This document shows, in pieces, positions 1 through 16,566 of a DNA stretch of 64,000 nucleotides. Made by a program: the position numbers and the translations under genes. The notes beneath the pieces are model-generated. The model saw nothing but the letters and a program-made list of their open reading frames with translations. It was not told the origin of the DNA and searched no databases. How positions within the stretch are numbered: the first letter of the stretch is position 1; each line of letters opens with the position of its first letter. Source of the DNA: the human T2T-CHM13v2.0 reference genome, Homo sapiens; the NCBI RefSeq assembly GCF_009914755.1, contig NC_060941.1; one strand, written 5' to 3'.

Positions 1-632
1 AATTGGAGTTTCAGAGACTGAGTGACCTTTCTGATATTGCACAGCACATCAGAGACAAAACCAGCACTTGAACTCCCTTTGAGTTAGACATCTGAAGGAC
101 AAGGGCATGTGGTGCATCCCCAGCTATCCAGTGCCTTTTCTTTTTTCTTTCCCAATCCAGTGACCCCTCTGATTGTAGGATAACAGACCAGACAGGCAAA
201 AGGTATCTGTGGGTGATCTTTGCTTGGGGGTAGGGTTGGGTAGGGGGCAGAGCTGCTCACAACAGCAGGCCATTTCCCAAGATGCTCAGGGTTGCTGGCT
301 TCTGCACTCACCATCTCACTTTCTGGTTGCTGCGTGGAGATAAGCTATCGACTTCTGCACAGGATCAACCAAGGAAGTCAGGAGGGTGGGGAGGCCCTGG
401 CGGCTGGCAGGAAAGGGCTGGCAGAAAAAAAAAAAAAAAAAAAAGCAAAGCATCCTGGGGACAAAACTGCTGACTGGACTGCTAAGAGACAGGAGGGAAG
501 AAAAAGGAGAATCAATGCAAGGGGAGAACATTGGAAAAGCAGGAAAGGCAGAAAGACCCACAAAACCTAAAGAGACTCAGCAAGGCAGAAATCAGGAGAG
601 TTTTCCCCTTTCTATTAAAAATGTATTTTCTC

Positions 633-930
<298 letters not shown>

Positions 931-1383
931 GTATTTTCTCATCTACCTGTAGATATGTCATTTTAAAACATGCTTTTCTTCTGCCTTGGCCTTCAAAGAG
1001 TGAATGCAAACCAAATATTCTTAAAATGCATTTGTGATCCAATAAACAAAGGGTCAAGTCTTCAACAGTGATTTACTATGTGACTTCTGGAAAGTCACTC
1101 AACTGTACTGAGGCTTTATGCCTCTCTTTTATTTAAAAGAAAAAAAATGCAGAGATTACCCCAGCCGGCTATAAGGAGAGCCCTCATTGTCTAACTCACT
1201 AGAAGTGCTAAAGAGCTGTTCTTTCATCTGAAACTACCTAGGGAGAGATTTTCTTACCATGAGCTTTTACATCCTCATTCATTTGAATTGGTGCTCTGGG
1301 AACCAGGCAGGGAACAGGTATTTTTATCTTACTTTAGTGGATAAGCAGTAGTGTAAATAGTGAAAAACAAAAAGGAGGGGGGG

Positions 1384-1690
<307 letters not shown>

Positions 1691-2671
1691 TTATTACACT
1701 CCGATGCGTACCATAAAAAAGGCCCTGCCTTTCTCCTTCAGATAGAATTCAGAGACTAGGCTAAGTAGACTAGATTTGGGTGGGCAAATCCTGCTCTTTG
1801 GAGAGGGAAGGGACCCATAGACTAGCAGGGAGGCTGCTGGTGTCATGGAAAAGCTAAAACCCAGAGCCTCTCGCCTGAACCCAAGCCCCTCGCAGTTATG
1901 TGGGTTCACAGCCTTGGCTGCTCTGGCTTGGTTTCAATGCTGGAACTGAAGCAGGACTACATTCCATAACTCTCTGATACAGCAAGTCAGGGGTGACTGC
2001 GGAAGTAAAATCAGGATTAAGAATTCCCAGCCTGGGCTCTTAATGAGCAGGCAGAGTTATTTCCTCTTCTGTCCTTTCGTATATGCTCACTCCCAGTTTC
2101 TCTTTCTACAAAGTCTCCTCTCCATTCCTATTCAACTTGTAGGTGGCAGCCCCTTTTTTATTTATACTCTTTTCCAAACCACATCCTCCAGGAGGCTACT
2201 CAGATTACACCTGCCATTGAGGAATCCTTCCTTTACTTTGTTATTAGATCTCCAAATGTATCTATAAGAACAAGACCCTGCACACCCAAAAAGACAGCAG
2301 TAAATTAAGGGTGAGTTACATGCCTAGTGTAATTTATATGCTAGCATGTAAGTTAATACCATGTGGATGAAATCTAGATCTGCCCCTGTTAATGCAACCC
2401 CTTGGGCTCTGAAATTCTCACTTTTAGGAAACTGGTTTCTGCAGAGTTTCAGGGACTATGATTCCATCAGGCATGGGGCTGAGTCCCATGGTTGTTAGAA
2501 TAACTGGGTGCTTTTGCTGTGTCAAATCCAGCCCTCGCCCTAAGCCCTAAGCTCTACCTCCCCAAGGACAAAGACTAAGTTAGAGAAGGTGCCCCAGTGG
2601 ATGATGGCTTCATTCAGAACCACTCTGGGGCATCCAAGTCGGATTGCTTCTGAAGCATCTGCCTCTGCTTT

Positions 2672-3504
<833 letters not shown>

Positions 3505-4039
3505 CTTTGAAGTCTAGGTTAGAAGAATCTCTAAAGACAGGAGGCCTCCCATATGTCAAAGAGGAAGGGAGGTTCCAAGTTCAGGGCCAGGAACAGAAAT
3601 AGAGAAAGGAAGGACTATCAGGCAGGAGGAACCTTTCCCCTCTCCTTGGGAGGACACAAAATCACCAGGGAACAAAAAGAATGTCCTTTCTCTACCCTAA
3701 GTGATTCCTAACCACCATCCCCCAGCCCCCCAATCCCACCCCCAGCCCCCCACCCACCCCCACCCCCGCGCTGCTTTTCCTGATCTGGCAAAGAGAGAGT
3801 TCCCTTGCCCTTGCAGTAGACCCTTGGGCCAGGCCAGACCAGCTGACCACACACCAAGGAATCCCAGGACTGGGAAAGAGTGGGAGCATCCAGGTCAAGG
3901 GTCCTCTCCAGCCCCAGCCCCCACCGCAGCTGAAGGAATGCCGCAGGTGCAGTTTCCCAGCAGGATGGAGATGGTGCCTCTGTTCTTGACCGAAATTGTT
4001 TTCAGGACTGTACCTGCGTGAGATAGTGAGAGGGAGAGG

Positions 4040-4570
4040 GGCGAAGGGACGAAGGCGCGCCCGGAGAGGCGCGCGGGAATGCGGGAGCCGCGGGCGCAGA
4101 GGCCGCCGCTAGGGTGCAGCTGTGGGCTGACGTGGGAGCCAGGCCTGGGGTGGAGCCGCGCCGGAGCCGGGCCGGCAGCGCTGGCGAGGAGGTTCGGGTG
4201 TTGTGTTTCCACTGTAACTATAATTAGGCGGATTCAGTGTTTATTTAGGCTGAGAGCTGTAAGATAAATGACAGCTTCGAAGATGCTTTTCAGCACTTCG
4301 TAAATCACCCATCCGCCCGGGCAGTTTGCTGCTGCCACGTCTCGGTTCTCCCTCCGCGCGCTCCCTGTCCCCCCACTCACCTCGGAAGAGGGCACACCCG
4401 GGGACGACTCCGGAGCTGTCACCACAAAGGGCAGGAGGGCAAAGGGGAAATGGTGTCTGTGCTTCCCAGAGCCCTCAGCGCCCCGGAAGGGTACGGGGCA
4501 GCCTCCAGGAAAGCTGTCAGGAGACGCTTCCTCCCGAGGTGGTCCCGGCGGCCAAGTGGGGCTCGGTTGA
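4040..4570. promoter_or_regulatory. Orphan CpG island / candidate distal enhancer
   Basis: Dense CpG and high GC in otherwise CpG-depleted flank; no recognisable gene. Confidence 0.75.
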
Positions 4571-5226
4571 CGGGCAGGCTTGCCCTCCTCTGGGAGAATA
4601 TGGTCTCTAATCGGCTCTAATTCAAGATCTCTTCCCTGTGCCCTGATGACACATCTGGAGATTTACAGGAGACGTTTGAGAAATATTTATAGTATGGGGA
4701 CCGTTCTTTACCCTCCTGTGACTGTCTGCGCCTCTCTTGGGGGCTCAGGGTGGAAGGGCCCATGCCCTTTCCCATGGGAGAGTGCATTCTTGGAGAGGGT
4801 TGTGGACAGCAGGCCTGTCTCCCAGTGGGAGTTTGGAGCTCTCATGTCATTAGAAAGGGCAAAGACCTGGATGGCAACCCACCCTGCCTAGCCAGGCCTG
4901 GGCCTGATCAGTTCCCTTCGCAGGAAAAGGGAGCTGGGTGTGGGGAGGCCAGCGTTGGGCTCATCAGGCTTTGACTAGAAGCATCTAAACAGACCCAATG
5001 CAGAGGTGATTAACCCAACAGGGACCTGAATATGGTCCCTGGACCAGCGCCTTCCCTCACAGAAGTTTTGAATCAGAGTGGGTACTGCAGGGGCTCATGT
5101 CACACGTCAGGGCCAGCGCCATGGACCCTTCTCCCAGTATGGAAACTGGGAGAAGGAAATTAGTCTTGTGTAAAAGGAAACTGGATTTGGGGAAATTAGT
5201 CTTGTGAAAAATAACAAGTTAGCCTC

Positions 5227-5545
<319 letters not shown>

Positions 5546-6586
5546 TTAGCCTTCAGCAGCCAATAAGCCCTATAATTTTCTTATGAGGCCCATGATGCCA
5601 GGTTAGGTCATTCATGGTTTGGGAAGGTCCAGCCAAGCCACCAAGGAGACTGATTCCTGGCTTCAGACATCAAAGTACTGCTGAACTGGGGAGGGGCACC
5701 ACACCACCACTGCTCTTTTCCCCATGCACAGACCTCCCCAAGGGATCTGCATTACCCCAGAGAGCAGAGCCATCTTCCCGCATCGAATGTGTGCGTATTG
5801 ATACGTAAGGCACCATGGCCCCTGGGTTCTACGGCTACGATCCTCACTGCCCATGCCATGCCTCTAGGCCAAAATGCACCCAGCAAAGGAGTACATAGGC
5901 CAAATTCTGGCTTCAGAGATTGGAAGATTATCTATTGACATTTGTATTTGGTAGGGCATGAACGAGGTTGTTCTTTCTCCCACAAGGAAACCAAGCCGAG
6001 AGAACAGATGTAGTGGATCAAGTCCCCAATTCAGAGGCTCTGAGTCATTCTGTTAGTGTTGGATAACCCTGGGAGCTGTGTCAGGGTTTCATTCAGCTCT
6101 TCATTTATTCAGCACATATGACACACCTTCTCTGTGCTAGGTGTTGAAAATAAAATGATTAAAGACACGATTTCTTCAGCTTCTACTCTCATGTAAGAGG
6201 TGGGAATAAAACAAATAATTACAAACGGGCTATAGTGGAGATGTATACAAAATAGGATGGAGTCTGGTACCTACTTAGCAAGGGTGATTCCTCTATCAGC
6301 AAGTGAGCCCAGTTCTCCATAGTGGGGCATTGCTGAAGTCTGAGTAACGCTGTTAAAAACAAACAAACAAAGAAACAAACAAAAATTATAGAGCCATGGT
6401 TAAGAGCATGGACTCTACAGTGAGACATATTTGAGTTTGAATTCCAACCCTGCCACTTACTGATTTCGGGATCTTGGGCAAGTTGTTTGACTTCCTTGTA
6501 CCTCTTCTACAAAATGGGAATAATAACTGTTGCTGTTGTTATTATTATGTTTACTTCATAGGGTTGTAGTGAAGATTAAATGAGAG

Positions 6587-6937
<351 letters not shown>

Positions 6938-7279
6938 CTAAATGTTAGGAATAGAAATAAATGAAGGAAGGAAGGAAGGAAAAAGAGAGAGAGAAAGAGA
7001 AAGGAATGCCTCTGTGTATAGGAACTAGGAAAAAATGCTCAAGTCCCCTGAATAAGAGAGAAGTAACTCTTACACAGCCACTGCCATCTTCTCCCTGGTT
7101 TCTAAGCCTTTATTGTGAATTGGGAGGCCTTGATTCTAATCCCAGCTCTTCCATTAGCTGGTAATACACCCTTGCTCAGTCTCTGGGCTCCCATTCCTCA
7201 TTTGTAAAAAGAAAGGGGCAAACTCCCTTCTATAGTATTTTCACTTTTAACATTTGATGGCTCTGTTCAAGAATGCACA

Positions 7280-7420
7280 CAAACTTTTGGAGGTGTGGAT
7301 ATGTTTATGGCATTGACTGTGGTGAAGGCTTCACAAATATACAACTAATCAAGTTGTACACATTAAATATGTTCAGCTTTTTGTGTGTCAATTATACCTT
7401 AATAAAGTGTCTTTTAAATG
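7280..7420 (+). mobile_element. Old L1M 3' end fragment
   Basis: aaacttttggagg...gtacacattaaatatg...caattataccttaataaag, typical L1M 3' terminus. Confidence 0.6.
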
Positions 7421-7862
7421 CACAGAAAAATATGAACAGTTAGGTATATTAATAATTTTACAAATCAACTAACAAAATGCATTGCTGCAGCAGTTTCTAA
7501 GCAATATTCTATCACTGATAAATGCCCTATGTGGTGCTCAAAATGATGACATATCAGCTGTCCTCAGTCCTGTCAAATATCTTTGTGACACTATTAACAG
7601 CCCAGCAACCACACTGAGGCTGTAGCAATGTCAAGGTTGAAGAGGTCAAATTTCCAAACCCAGGATTATTTTGAAAGTTTCCCTAAGCCCAAGATACTCA
7701 GAAGAAAAACTTAGATCTATTTTCTTTCCAAAACATGGATCTCTCTGATTAATTCGTCCTTGTCCTCTCAACCTTCTGTGTTCATTCCATTTAGTCAACA
7801 TATACTGAATATTTCCCATATACCAGACCCTGGCTAGACACTTAGGATAAAAACAAATACTA

Positions 7863-8325
<463 letters not shown>

Positions 8326-8577
8326 CTACGTGGTGCTCTGCACGCTATTGGTGTCCCATATGTGTTGGATGAATGAATGAGCTAGCAAATAGCTTGGAGT
8401 AGAAGATCTGAGTGGGTGGAATAGTAGGAAGGGAAAGAAACCTACCTGCCCCCAGCAATGCTATGAGACGAAAAACCAGCTAAATTAAAGGGAATAGGAA
8501 TGGGGTTATACATCCCTGCAAACAACCCCTGGAAACTGACATATCTAATAGATATACTCTGAAGCTGGTACTCTCTT

Positions 8578-8723
8578 ATTTTAATTTTTTTTTAAGTTAA
8601 ATAAATGAGTCAGGGTTTCACTATGCTACCCAGGTTGGTCTCAAACTCCTGGGCTCAAGTGATCCTCCCGTCTCAGCTTCCCAAAGTGCTTGGATTACAG
8701 GCATAAGCCACCACTTCCTGCCT
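8578..8723 (-). mobile_element. FLAM/AluJ left monomer
   Basis: Reverse-strand left-arm sequence. Confidence 0.8.
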
Positions 8724-10493
8724 AGTATGTCTCAGACGTAAGCCACTACTCCCAGCCTAGTACTCTCTTCCTTTCTGATCTAACTCTTAGAAAATCCCAA
8801 GGCTAGATTTCCTGGCCAAAACAAGTTGAGCAGGGTAAGGACAAAGGGAGGGCTTTCTCCCACCCATATCAGAAGACTTGAATCCCTGCCTGCCCAGATC
8901 ATTATATAGAAGGAAAAAAGTCATTTATATTATACTATATTATACTATACTATATTATATTGTATTATCCCTGCCTACCCAGATCACTATATAGAAGGGA
9001 AAATGTCATTGTGCTGATTTCCAAAGAAGCTGGGCAAGGATGAACCAAGCCTCTCCAATCTTCATATGATCAAAGGCCACATTGTGTCTTGTTGCACGTA
9101 GGCTTCCCTCACTCTGCAGCGTAGGGTCTGATGCGCACAAAGGAAGATAAAATTATAGACTTCTCTGTCTGATGGCTCACAGACTTCACCAGACACAAAG
9201 AGTGTTGGATGAGAGTATGTGGGTAAAGCAGCAAAACCAGCCCAACCTAAGTAGAAGAACCCCCAAATTGTGCCCACTCAGGGAGGGTAAGGATTGATAG
9301 CTTCCTTTGAGATATAGTGTATTCCTTTCATTTATATTTTGGCTTGAGATGCTAAAATGCAAGGAGGAGTGGAATAGCTGTCAAATTTACTAATGGGATC
9401 CATCTTCATAACGCAGATCTTCAGAAAACTTCTTGCAGCATAATAATTCAACTCTCCTCAGAACTTTCCTTCATTTCTGCCCTCTTGGGGAAGGGAGCAA
9501 AGAAAACTAGGCATTTCCCATTCAGCCCTGTGTCCGTTTGATGCACTGAGATCCCCTGCCTGGTTAACTTCAGGTTTTTCCCATCAAAAATCTCAGAGAG
9601 AACCCCAAACATTAGCGGATGTTAACAGACAGTCCACAGTTACTGCCACCCAACAATCTCCTTCTGCTGACCCCTGGCTCCAAACTGGATTCAGTCAATG
9701 CGCTTGACTTTTCCCACACTTCCTGCTTCCAGTCAAAGAAAATGCAGCAGAGCCTGTTTTCCAGTGTAAGCATGTAAATTCCACACTCATCAACTTCAGG
9801 CTTTTGCAGCTGTTGGCTTGAGCCCTGCTCAGGACACAGAGAGACAGAGACAATAGAATTTGTTTTGAAAATCTGTCCTTCGAGTTAAAAAGATGGTGTC
9901 ACTAATTCTTGTCTGGAGGACCTGTAATTTCAATGTTTCTGCAGGACTAGAGAGAGAAGTCACGAAGACCCAGAACGCTTCTTTACCAGTGTGCCTTGGT
10001 AATCAGACTGAGAGCTTTTGCTAATGCTAGGTAATTCTATTTGGCTCAACAAACATGTGTTGAGTGCCTACTAAATGCCAGGCACTGTGACAGGTGCTGG
10101 CAATTATTGCTAACAGCCCGTGCTTGTGTAGTATTTGGCCAGGGTTAGAGATGCTGTTAGGTGGCTGGGGGAAAAAAAAGGACTGAAGGGAGAACTGAAT
10201 TCATCATTATAGCTTATCCTCTTTCAGAAAGCTTCTTAACACTACTTCAGGTGAGAAACACAATCAGCAGCACAAAGAGGTCATGTCTCAGGATAACACA
10301 TTTGCATCAAGTCAGCTACTTTGTCTCCACTTCTGAATAATGGCATAGTAGGCAGAGCTTGGCATCTGGAGTCAAAAGAGCTAGGCTCAGATTCCAACCT
10401 CTCCGTTTAGTTGTGTGAGCATGGGCAAGTCGCCTGACCTCCGAGCCTTGGTTTCCAATTATATGAATTCGAAATAAAAATACTTGCCCTGTC

Positions 10494-10735
10494 CGGATCA
10501 CTTGAGGTCAGGAGTGTGAGAACAGCCTGGCCAACATGGTAAAACCCTGTCTCCACTAAGAATACAAAAATTAGCCAGGCATGGTGGCAGGCACCTGTAA
10601 TCTCAGCTACTTGGGAGGCTGAGGCAGGAGAATTGCTTGAACCTGGGTGGGTAGAGGTTGCAGTGAGCCAAGATCATGCCACTGCACTCCAGCCTGGGCA
10701 ACAGAACAAGACTCCACCTAAAAAAAAAAAAAAAA
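10494..10735 (+). mobile_element. 5'-truncated Alu in a MIR
   Basis: Starts at GGATCACTTGAGG, poly-A tail, TSD TGCCCTGTC. Confidence 0.9.
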
Positions 10736-10789
10736 GTGCCCTGTCTACCTCATAGGTAGAAGAATCAAGTGAGATAATGTAATATGGAC

Positions 10790-11266
10790 CAGTGATTCCC
10801 AAATTTAATGTACATATGAATCATCAGGGGATGTTGTTAAATTGCAGACTGTGAGTCAGTAAGTCTGGGTGGATCTGAGATTCTGCACTTCTTTTTTGTT
10901 TGTTTGTTTTTTTGAGATGAAGTCTCATTATGTTGCCCAGGCTGGAGTGTAGTGGTGCGATCACAGTTCATCGCAGTCTCGACATCCTAGGCTCAAGCAA
11001 TCTTCCTGCCTCAACCTCCAGAGTAGCTAGGACTACAGGCCTGTGCCACCACATCCAGCTAATATTTTTAAATTATTATTTGTAGAGATGAGGTCTTGCT
11101 ATGTTGCCAAGGCTGGTCTTGAATTCCTGGGCTCAAGTGATCCTCCCCGCTCAGCCTCCCAAAGTGATGGGATTACAGGCATGAGCCACCAAGCCCGGCG
11201 TGCAGGCCTAACAAGCTCCCAGGAGATGCTGCTGAGGATGGCCTGTGGATCACGCTTTGAGTAGCA
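10790..11266. mobile_element. MER5-like hAT DNA transposon split by a minus-strand AluJ (about 10892-11200)
   Basis: cagtgattcccaaa...gaatcatcaggggatgttgttaaattgcaga and ctaacaagctcccagg...ctttgagtagc flank the Alu. Confidence 0.75.
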
Positions 11267-14000
11267 AGCTATGGACTGTTCACTGGTCATATGAAAAAGA
11301 TGATGACACTGATTAGGCCCACCAGCTAAGTAAACATCGAAAACTCATTCAGCCCCATGAAGTCACTAGAGCTGTGTTAAACAGCCAGTGTGGTCAACAG
11401 AAGAAATTTATGTCATGGTATTTGCTTATTTAGGTGAAACCATTAGAGAATAATACCAATCTATCCAAACACAGCAGCTAGGTCAAAAATTTTTCCTATC
11501 TCTTTCAGTTAAAAACATTTACCCTGGATGTAAAACATTGAGATAAAGATCAGACAGGCTTTGATCCTGCCAGATCATATCCATCCCACTGTAACTGTCT
11601 CCTGCCACATTCCCTTGGAATCTTAAAACTGTTAGAACAGATATGCTTGAGGGTGGAGACTGCAAATCCTCCCCTGCCCTGGGCCTTCTCCAAGTGTTTG
11701 AAGACAATTTTGAGGTCACTTCAACCTGCTTCTGGGCACTGAAACATCTTCCTCTTTCCCAAATGCCTTCAGAACAGGTTTCTTCACTTCCCGAATACAA
11801 ATGACGACTTACTCACACCCATAGGAATATTAATTAGTTAACATTTGTATAACTCTTATGAACTCATGGGATTATCCTAACAATGTACAACCTAGAAGAA
11901 ATGAGCTTAAATCTGTTTGTCCCAGTCGCCTGCAAAGAGATGATCCATTCCTTAGAGCCTGCATGGCCAGGCCTCCAAGGGCCAAGACAAAACATATAAT
12001 TAAGGCAATTATTGAGATAAACGGGAGGGGGAAATACTATAATGCAACATCCCTGGATGGGAGGCAGGATTCTCAGATTTTGGTCTTATCTTTGCCATTG
12101 TCCTGCTGATCTGGGATGGGGCTCTCCACTTTGCTAAGTAGAATTTGCCTGCTTGTAATGTACATACCGCTCGTGTGGATGGAAAGAATGTGTGAGTCAA
12201 AGGCAATATGAAGTGAAGAAAAGTAGTAAAAAGCAAGAAAGTAAATAAAACACATAGTTTTTTTTTAAGTTAACATGCCCTAGTGGTTTTTACCTGTGTT
12301 TTTCAGACAGTTGTGAGTTTTCTGCTTGTCATTGGTCCTGGAGACTTGGGTTCAGCTGGAGTTAAGAGGAATCAAGGTTCTCATCAGAGTTCCCTGAAGT
12401 CTCTGCTCCCTCCAGAACTTCCCTGGAGAGCAGCCAGCACTGAGATCTCAGCTTCTGCTCCAAGCCCATAGCTGATGCAAAGCGGAGTCTTTCCTGAAGG
12501 AGGGCGGGGAGGAGTAAGTGGCGACAGTTTATCTGAAGCTGGCGCTGGGTTCATTAAGAGACCTGGTGCAGTTTATCTGCTTCTTGTCCACGGAGTCAGC
12601 TGCTCTGAACGCTGAGTCCAGGGCCTGTCACCATCCCAGCCCTGGTGGCGTCAGGTTGGAAGGGTGTAAAACAGAGCGTCCTCTCTCTCCCCCAACCTCA
12701 ATCTCCCCTTGTCTCCAACTATCTGTCCTCAAGGGGTCAGATAGGAGCTGCAATTGTAGGAAAGAAGCTAGAAGCCCTCCTGTCAATGCTTTCTGCCCTG
12801 CAGACAGTGAGGTCCTCTGAACTGATTTGACTGCTCCCAGAAAGAAGCAGCCTAGAGCTCAGTGGAGGAGGTGGAGAGAAGAGACATGGACTTACCTTTA
12901 TCAAAGCCGCCTTGCCTTGAATGTAGGTGACATGTATTTTAAGTGATGCCATTTGTCCTTGTCCATGTCACATTCTCACGATGGGGAATGGGATGAACTT
13001 CTGTATTCCAGAAGGGGAGGCCCAGGGATGGTAAGACTTTCTTAATATCCCACAGCAACTCAGTGAAAGCGTCAAGAATACAACACACACCTCCTGAGTC
13101 CTGGACCAGTCCTTCCTGGGCCCTGAAGTGAGGTCTTCAGTCCTTCTTCATGCCGTTCTCATGATCACAACCAGCTTTAAAAATGAAGATGTTCCAGACC
13201 CCTCCGCAGGATAGTCAGATGGTCAGGATGTATCACACTGTGCCATCCATGCTCTCTTGCCTGGTTCTCCAAGATCATCAGCACAACAGGTGTGTCTGCC
13301 TGGGCTTAAAGGCCCAGCCTGTGAACAGGGGAAAGATCCATTCTCTGGCCAGGCTCAGTATTCCTTCAGTTCAGGACAGGTCAGTGACTTATCCAAACAA
13401 CTTAAGACACCTGTCTCAGGAGGGAGGTGGCACCTTCCTAGAGCATCAGTGCATCATTCAACTATTTGGAGTAGACTCCAATAACAGAGATGATCAACTT
13501 CCTACTCTATTGGAAGAGTACCACCACCATATCTACTATTGGAATTCATTTCCAAAGGGTTATTGACTTTTCCCAGGAAGGTGGGAGACAGCAAGTGGAT
13601 TTAGCCAAGTAAAGGAGAAATGTTTTTTTAATGGAAATCTGCCTCTTCAAAACTCCAAAAGCTGTCAGCCCCAAACCCTCAAAGCCCATCTCCAAATTCA
13701 GCTTCTCTGAGGGTCCAATTCACACTTACCCTTTGCTATCTGCTTGATCCATGACCCCTTAGAGTTGCTGCCTCACTCCAGGTTCAAGCACCCAGGATGT
13801 CATCAAGCAAAAGCAGGTAGAGATCTCACACTGGTCTGTAAGCCCCCACAGCCCTCATTTCCCCCAGGAGAGAAACCAGCCACAGTGCATGCCTACATTG
13901 GAGGGTAGACTTGTGGCTGAGGGAGAGTGAACAGTTTGGCCAGAAGGTGGCTGGGCTCAAAGCCTGCACTGGCAAAGACCTAGGAAGAGTAAGACTGTGA

Positions 14001-14246
<246 letters not shown>

Positions 14247-16092
14247 TGAAGAAGCCTCCCTCAGAGGGCAATTGTTCCTTGCCTCAAGTTCATAACTGCT
14301 TGCCTCTCAAGGGGTAGAAAGGGGAGGAGTGGATGTGTCAGGATCCTGGACCTCTGTAAGTAGCAGGATTTGATGTTGTGAGACTGCATAAGGAAAGGGC
14401 TAGGGACAGTTTGACACTCGGTCCGCTGAGCAACTCTAAACTCAAACCGGAGTCCACAGAACTCTGTACCCTCAGACTCAGCTGCCCATGGTATGTCTCT
14501 CTACTAGAGCACAGTTGTTAAGGGTTTGGGGCCCTGGAGCCAGGCTATTCCACGTTTACATTTCAGCTTGTCATCTTACAAGCTGTATACTTAATCCCTC
14601 TAAGCCTCTATTTCCTCATCTGTTAAATGGATATAATAAGAGTATTTATTTCTTGGGATTAAATGAGATCAAGTTCTTAGCACAGGGCTTGGGTGCATGG
14701 TAAGCACCCCATAAATGTTGTTATCATTAACTTTATCTTTAGAGGCTTTTAGGGAGGGGGCTTCCTCACTCTCCACTTCCAAGTGCATCCTTCTAGAATG
14801 CTACTTCTGTCCCAGTGGGCCTTTCTCTTCGTCTATCCGTCCCCCTCCATCATAAAACAAGGTTTGTCTCTGATGCCCTCTGCCAAGCAGACACCCCTTC
14901 TCTCTTAATTCTCCAAAGGCAAGAAGGACAGATGAATTATTTGACTACCTGTTTCCAAAATCTGTAAATAGAGAAAGAGCGAAACACCCTGCACACCAGA
15001 TAGCTGGAAAGCAAGTCTCACTTGACCCCTTGATATAAAACCTCAGCAGCCCTCACCCCATCCAGCCCTGCTGCCCCTGGTAACTGGGATGGGGGCTCAA
15101 GAGAGGTATGTAAAGCCCGTAAGTGGCTCTCCCCGGCTCTTTAGAAAGCTGCTTATCAGGGAATGAAACACTGGCCCAAGCTTGCCATGACAGCAGGAGC
15201 TGCCTGAGAAGAGAGGCTGAGATAAATGAAGTATCCTTCATCCCCATCAGCGTGGGCCAGACAGAAACCAGGTGCGAGGCAGTGAGCCTTCATCTTCTGT
15301 AAACAATCTTCCATCGCCCACTGCAGCAGCTTGAGCCTGAGATGAGGATTAGAAGAACAGCTTCTGCAGGCCTGGGGCCTCTCAGCTGGACAGAGAGTTA
15401 AAGGGCGCACAAGATAGCTCACTGCTGGGAAGGATGCTTGAGGAAACACAGCCATTCGTCACCAGGGGGTTTGCCTGACCTGGCAGGAGAGAATCTGATA
15501 TCTAAACAGTTCCCTGCGTCCCTGAAGCACTCTGAAAGTTCTCCAGCTAAATATTTGATACTGCATCAGATAACAGCCCAAAGCTCTTCCCACTAGTTTG
15601 AGAAGGCTGCTGCTACAGAAGGGAGAGACCTAGCCAGTGCTGGGCTTGGCTGCAATCATGCAGGACTTAAGGTGGGGGCATCCTAGCTCCCACCTCAAAT
15701 TTTTGGTGTCCTTTCACCTTGGCCAGGTTAGGGCCAATTAAGGGCAAAGAGGTTGCCCACCAAAAGTTAGTGCTCTATAAATCCATGAAGAGAAATGGAA
15801 CCTAAATCCCTTTCAAAGGTAGTTCTCTTCTCCCCACCCCACTCCACCTGCCTCCCCTACTCCTTTGACAGAGGTTTCGCTTGCAGGAGCTGAAAAAATT
15901 ACCATGACCCCTGTGCTCAGGTGGTAGATGGATGCCAGGTTCCTCAACCTGAGATTACAAAACAAAGTTAAGTGCTTGAATCCCCTCAGGGAGCTGGGGA
16001 CAGACAAGCCTGGCTGAATGAAAGAGCTATTCTGTTTACAATTCTTATTTTTCCAGCAGGGGGGATGAAAATGTCTCCAATTCCGTGTTTCA

Positions 16093-16566
<474 letters not shown>

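Noticed and set aside
3716-3770. C-rich tract with G-quadruplex/i-motif potential
   Set aside because: Common in GC-rich human DNA; no additional evidence of function
13183-13566. 127-aa ATG-initiated ORF in unique sequence
   Set aside because: No recognisable homology or splice/promoter context; length compatible with chance
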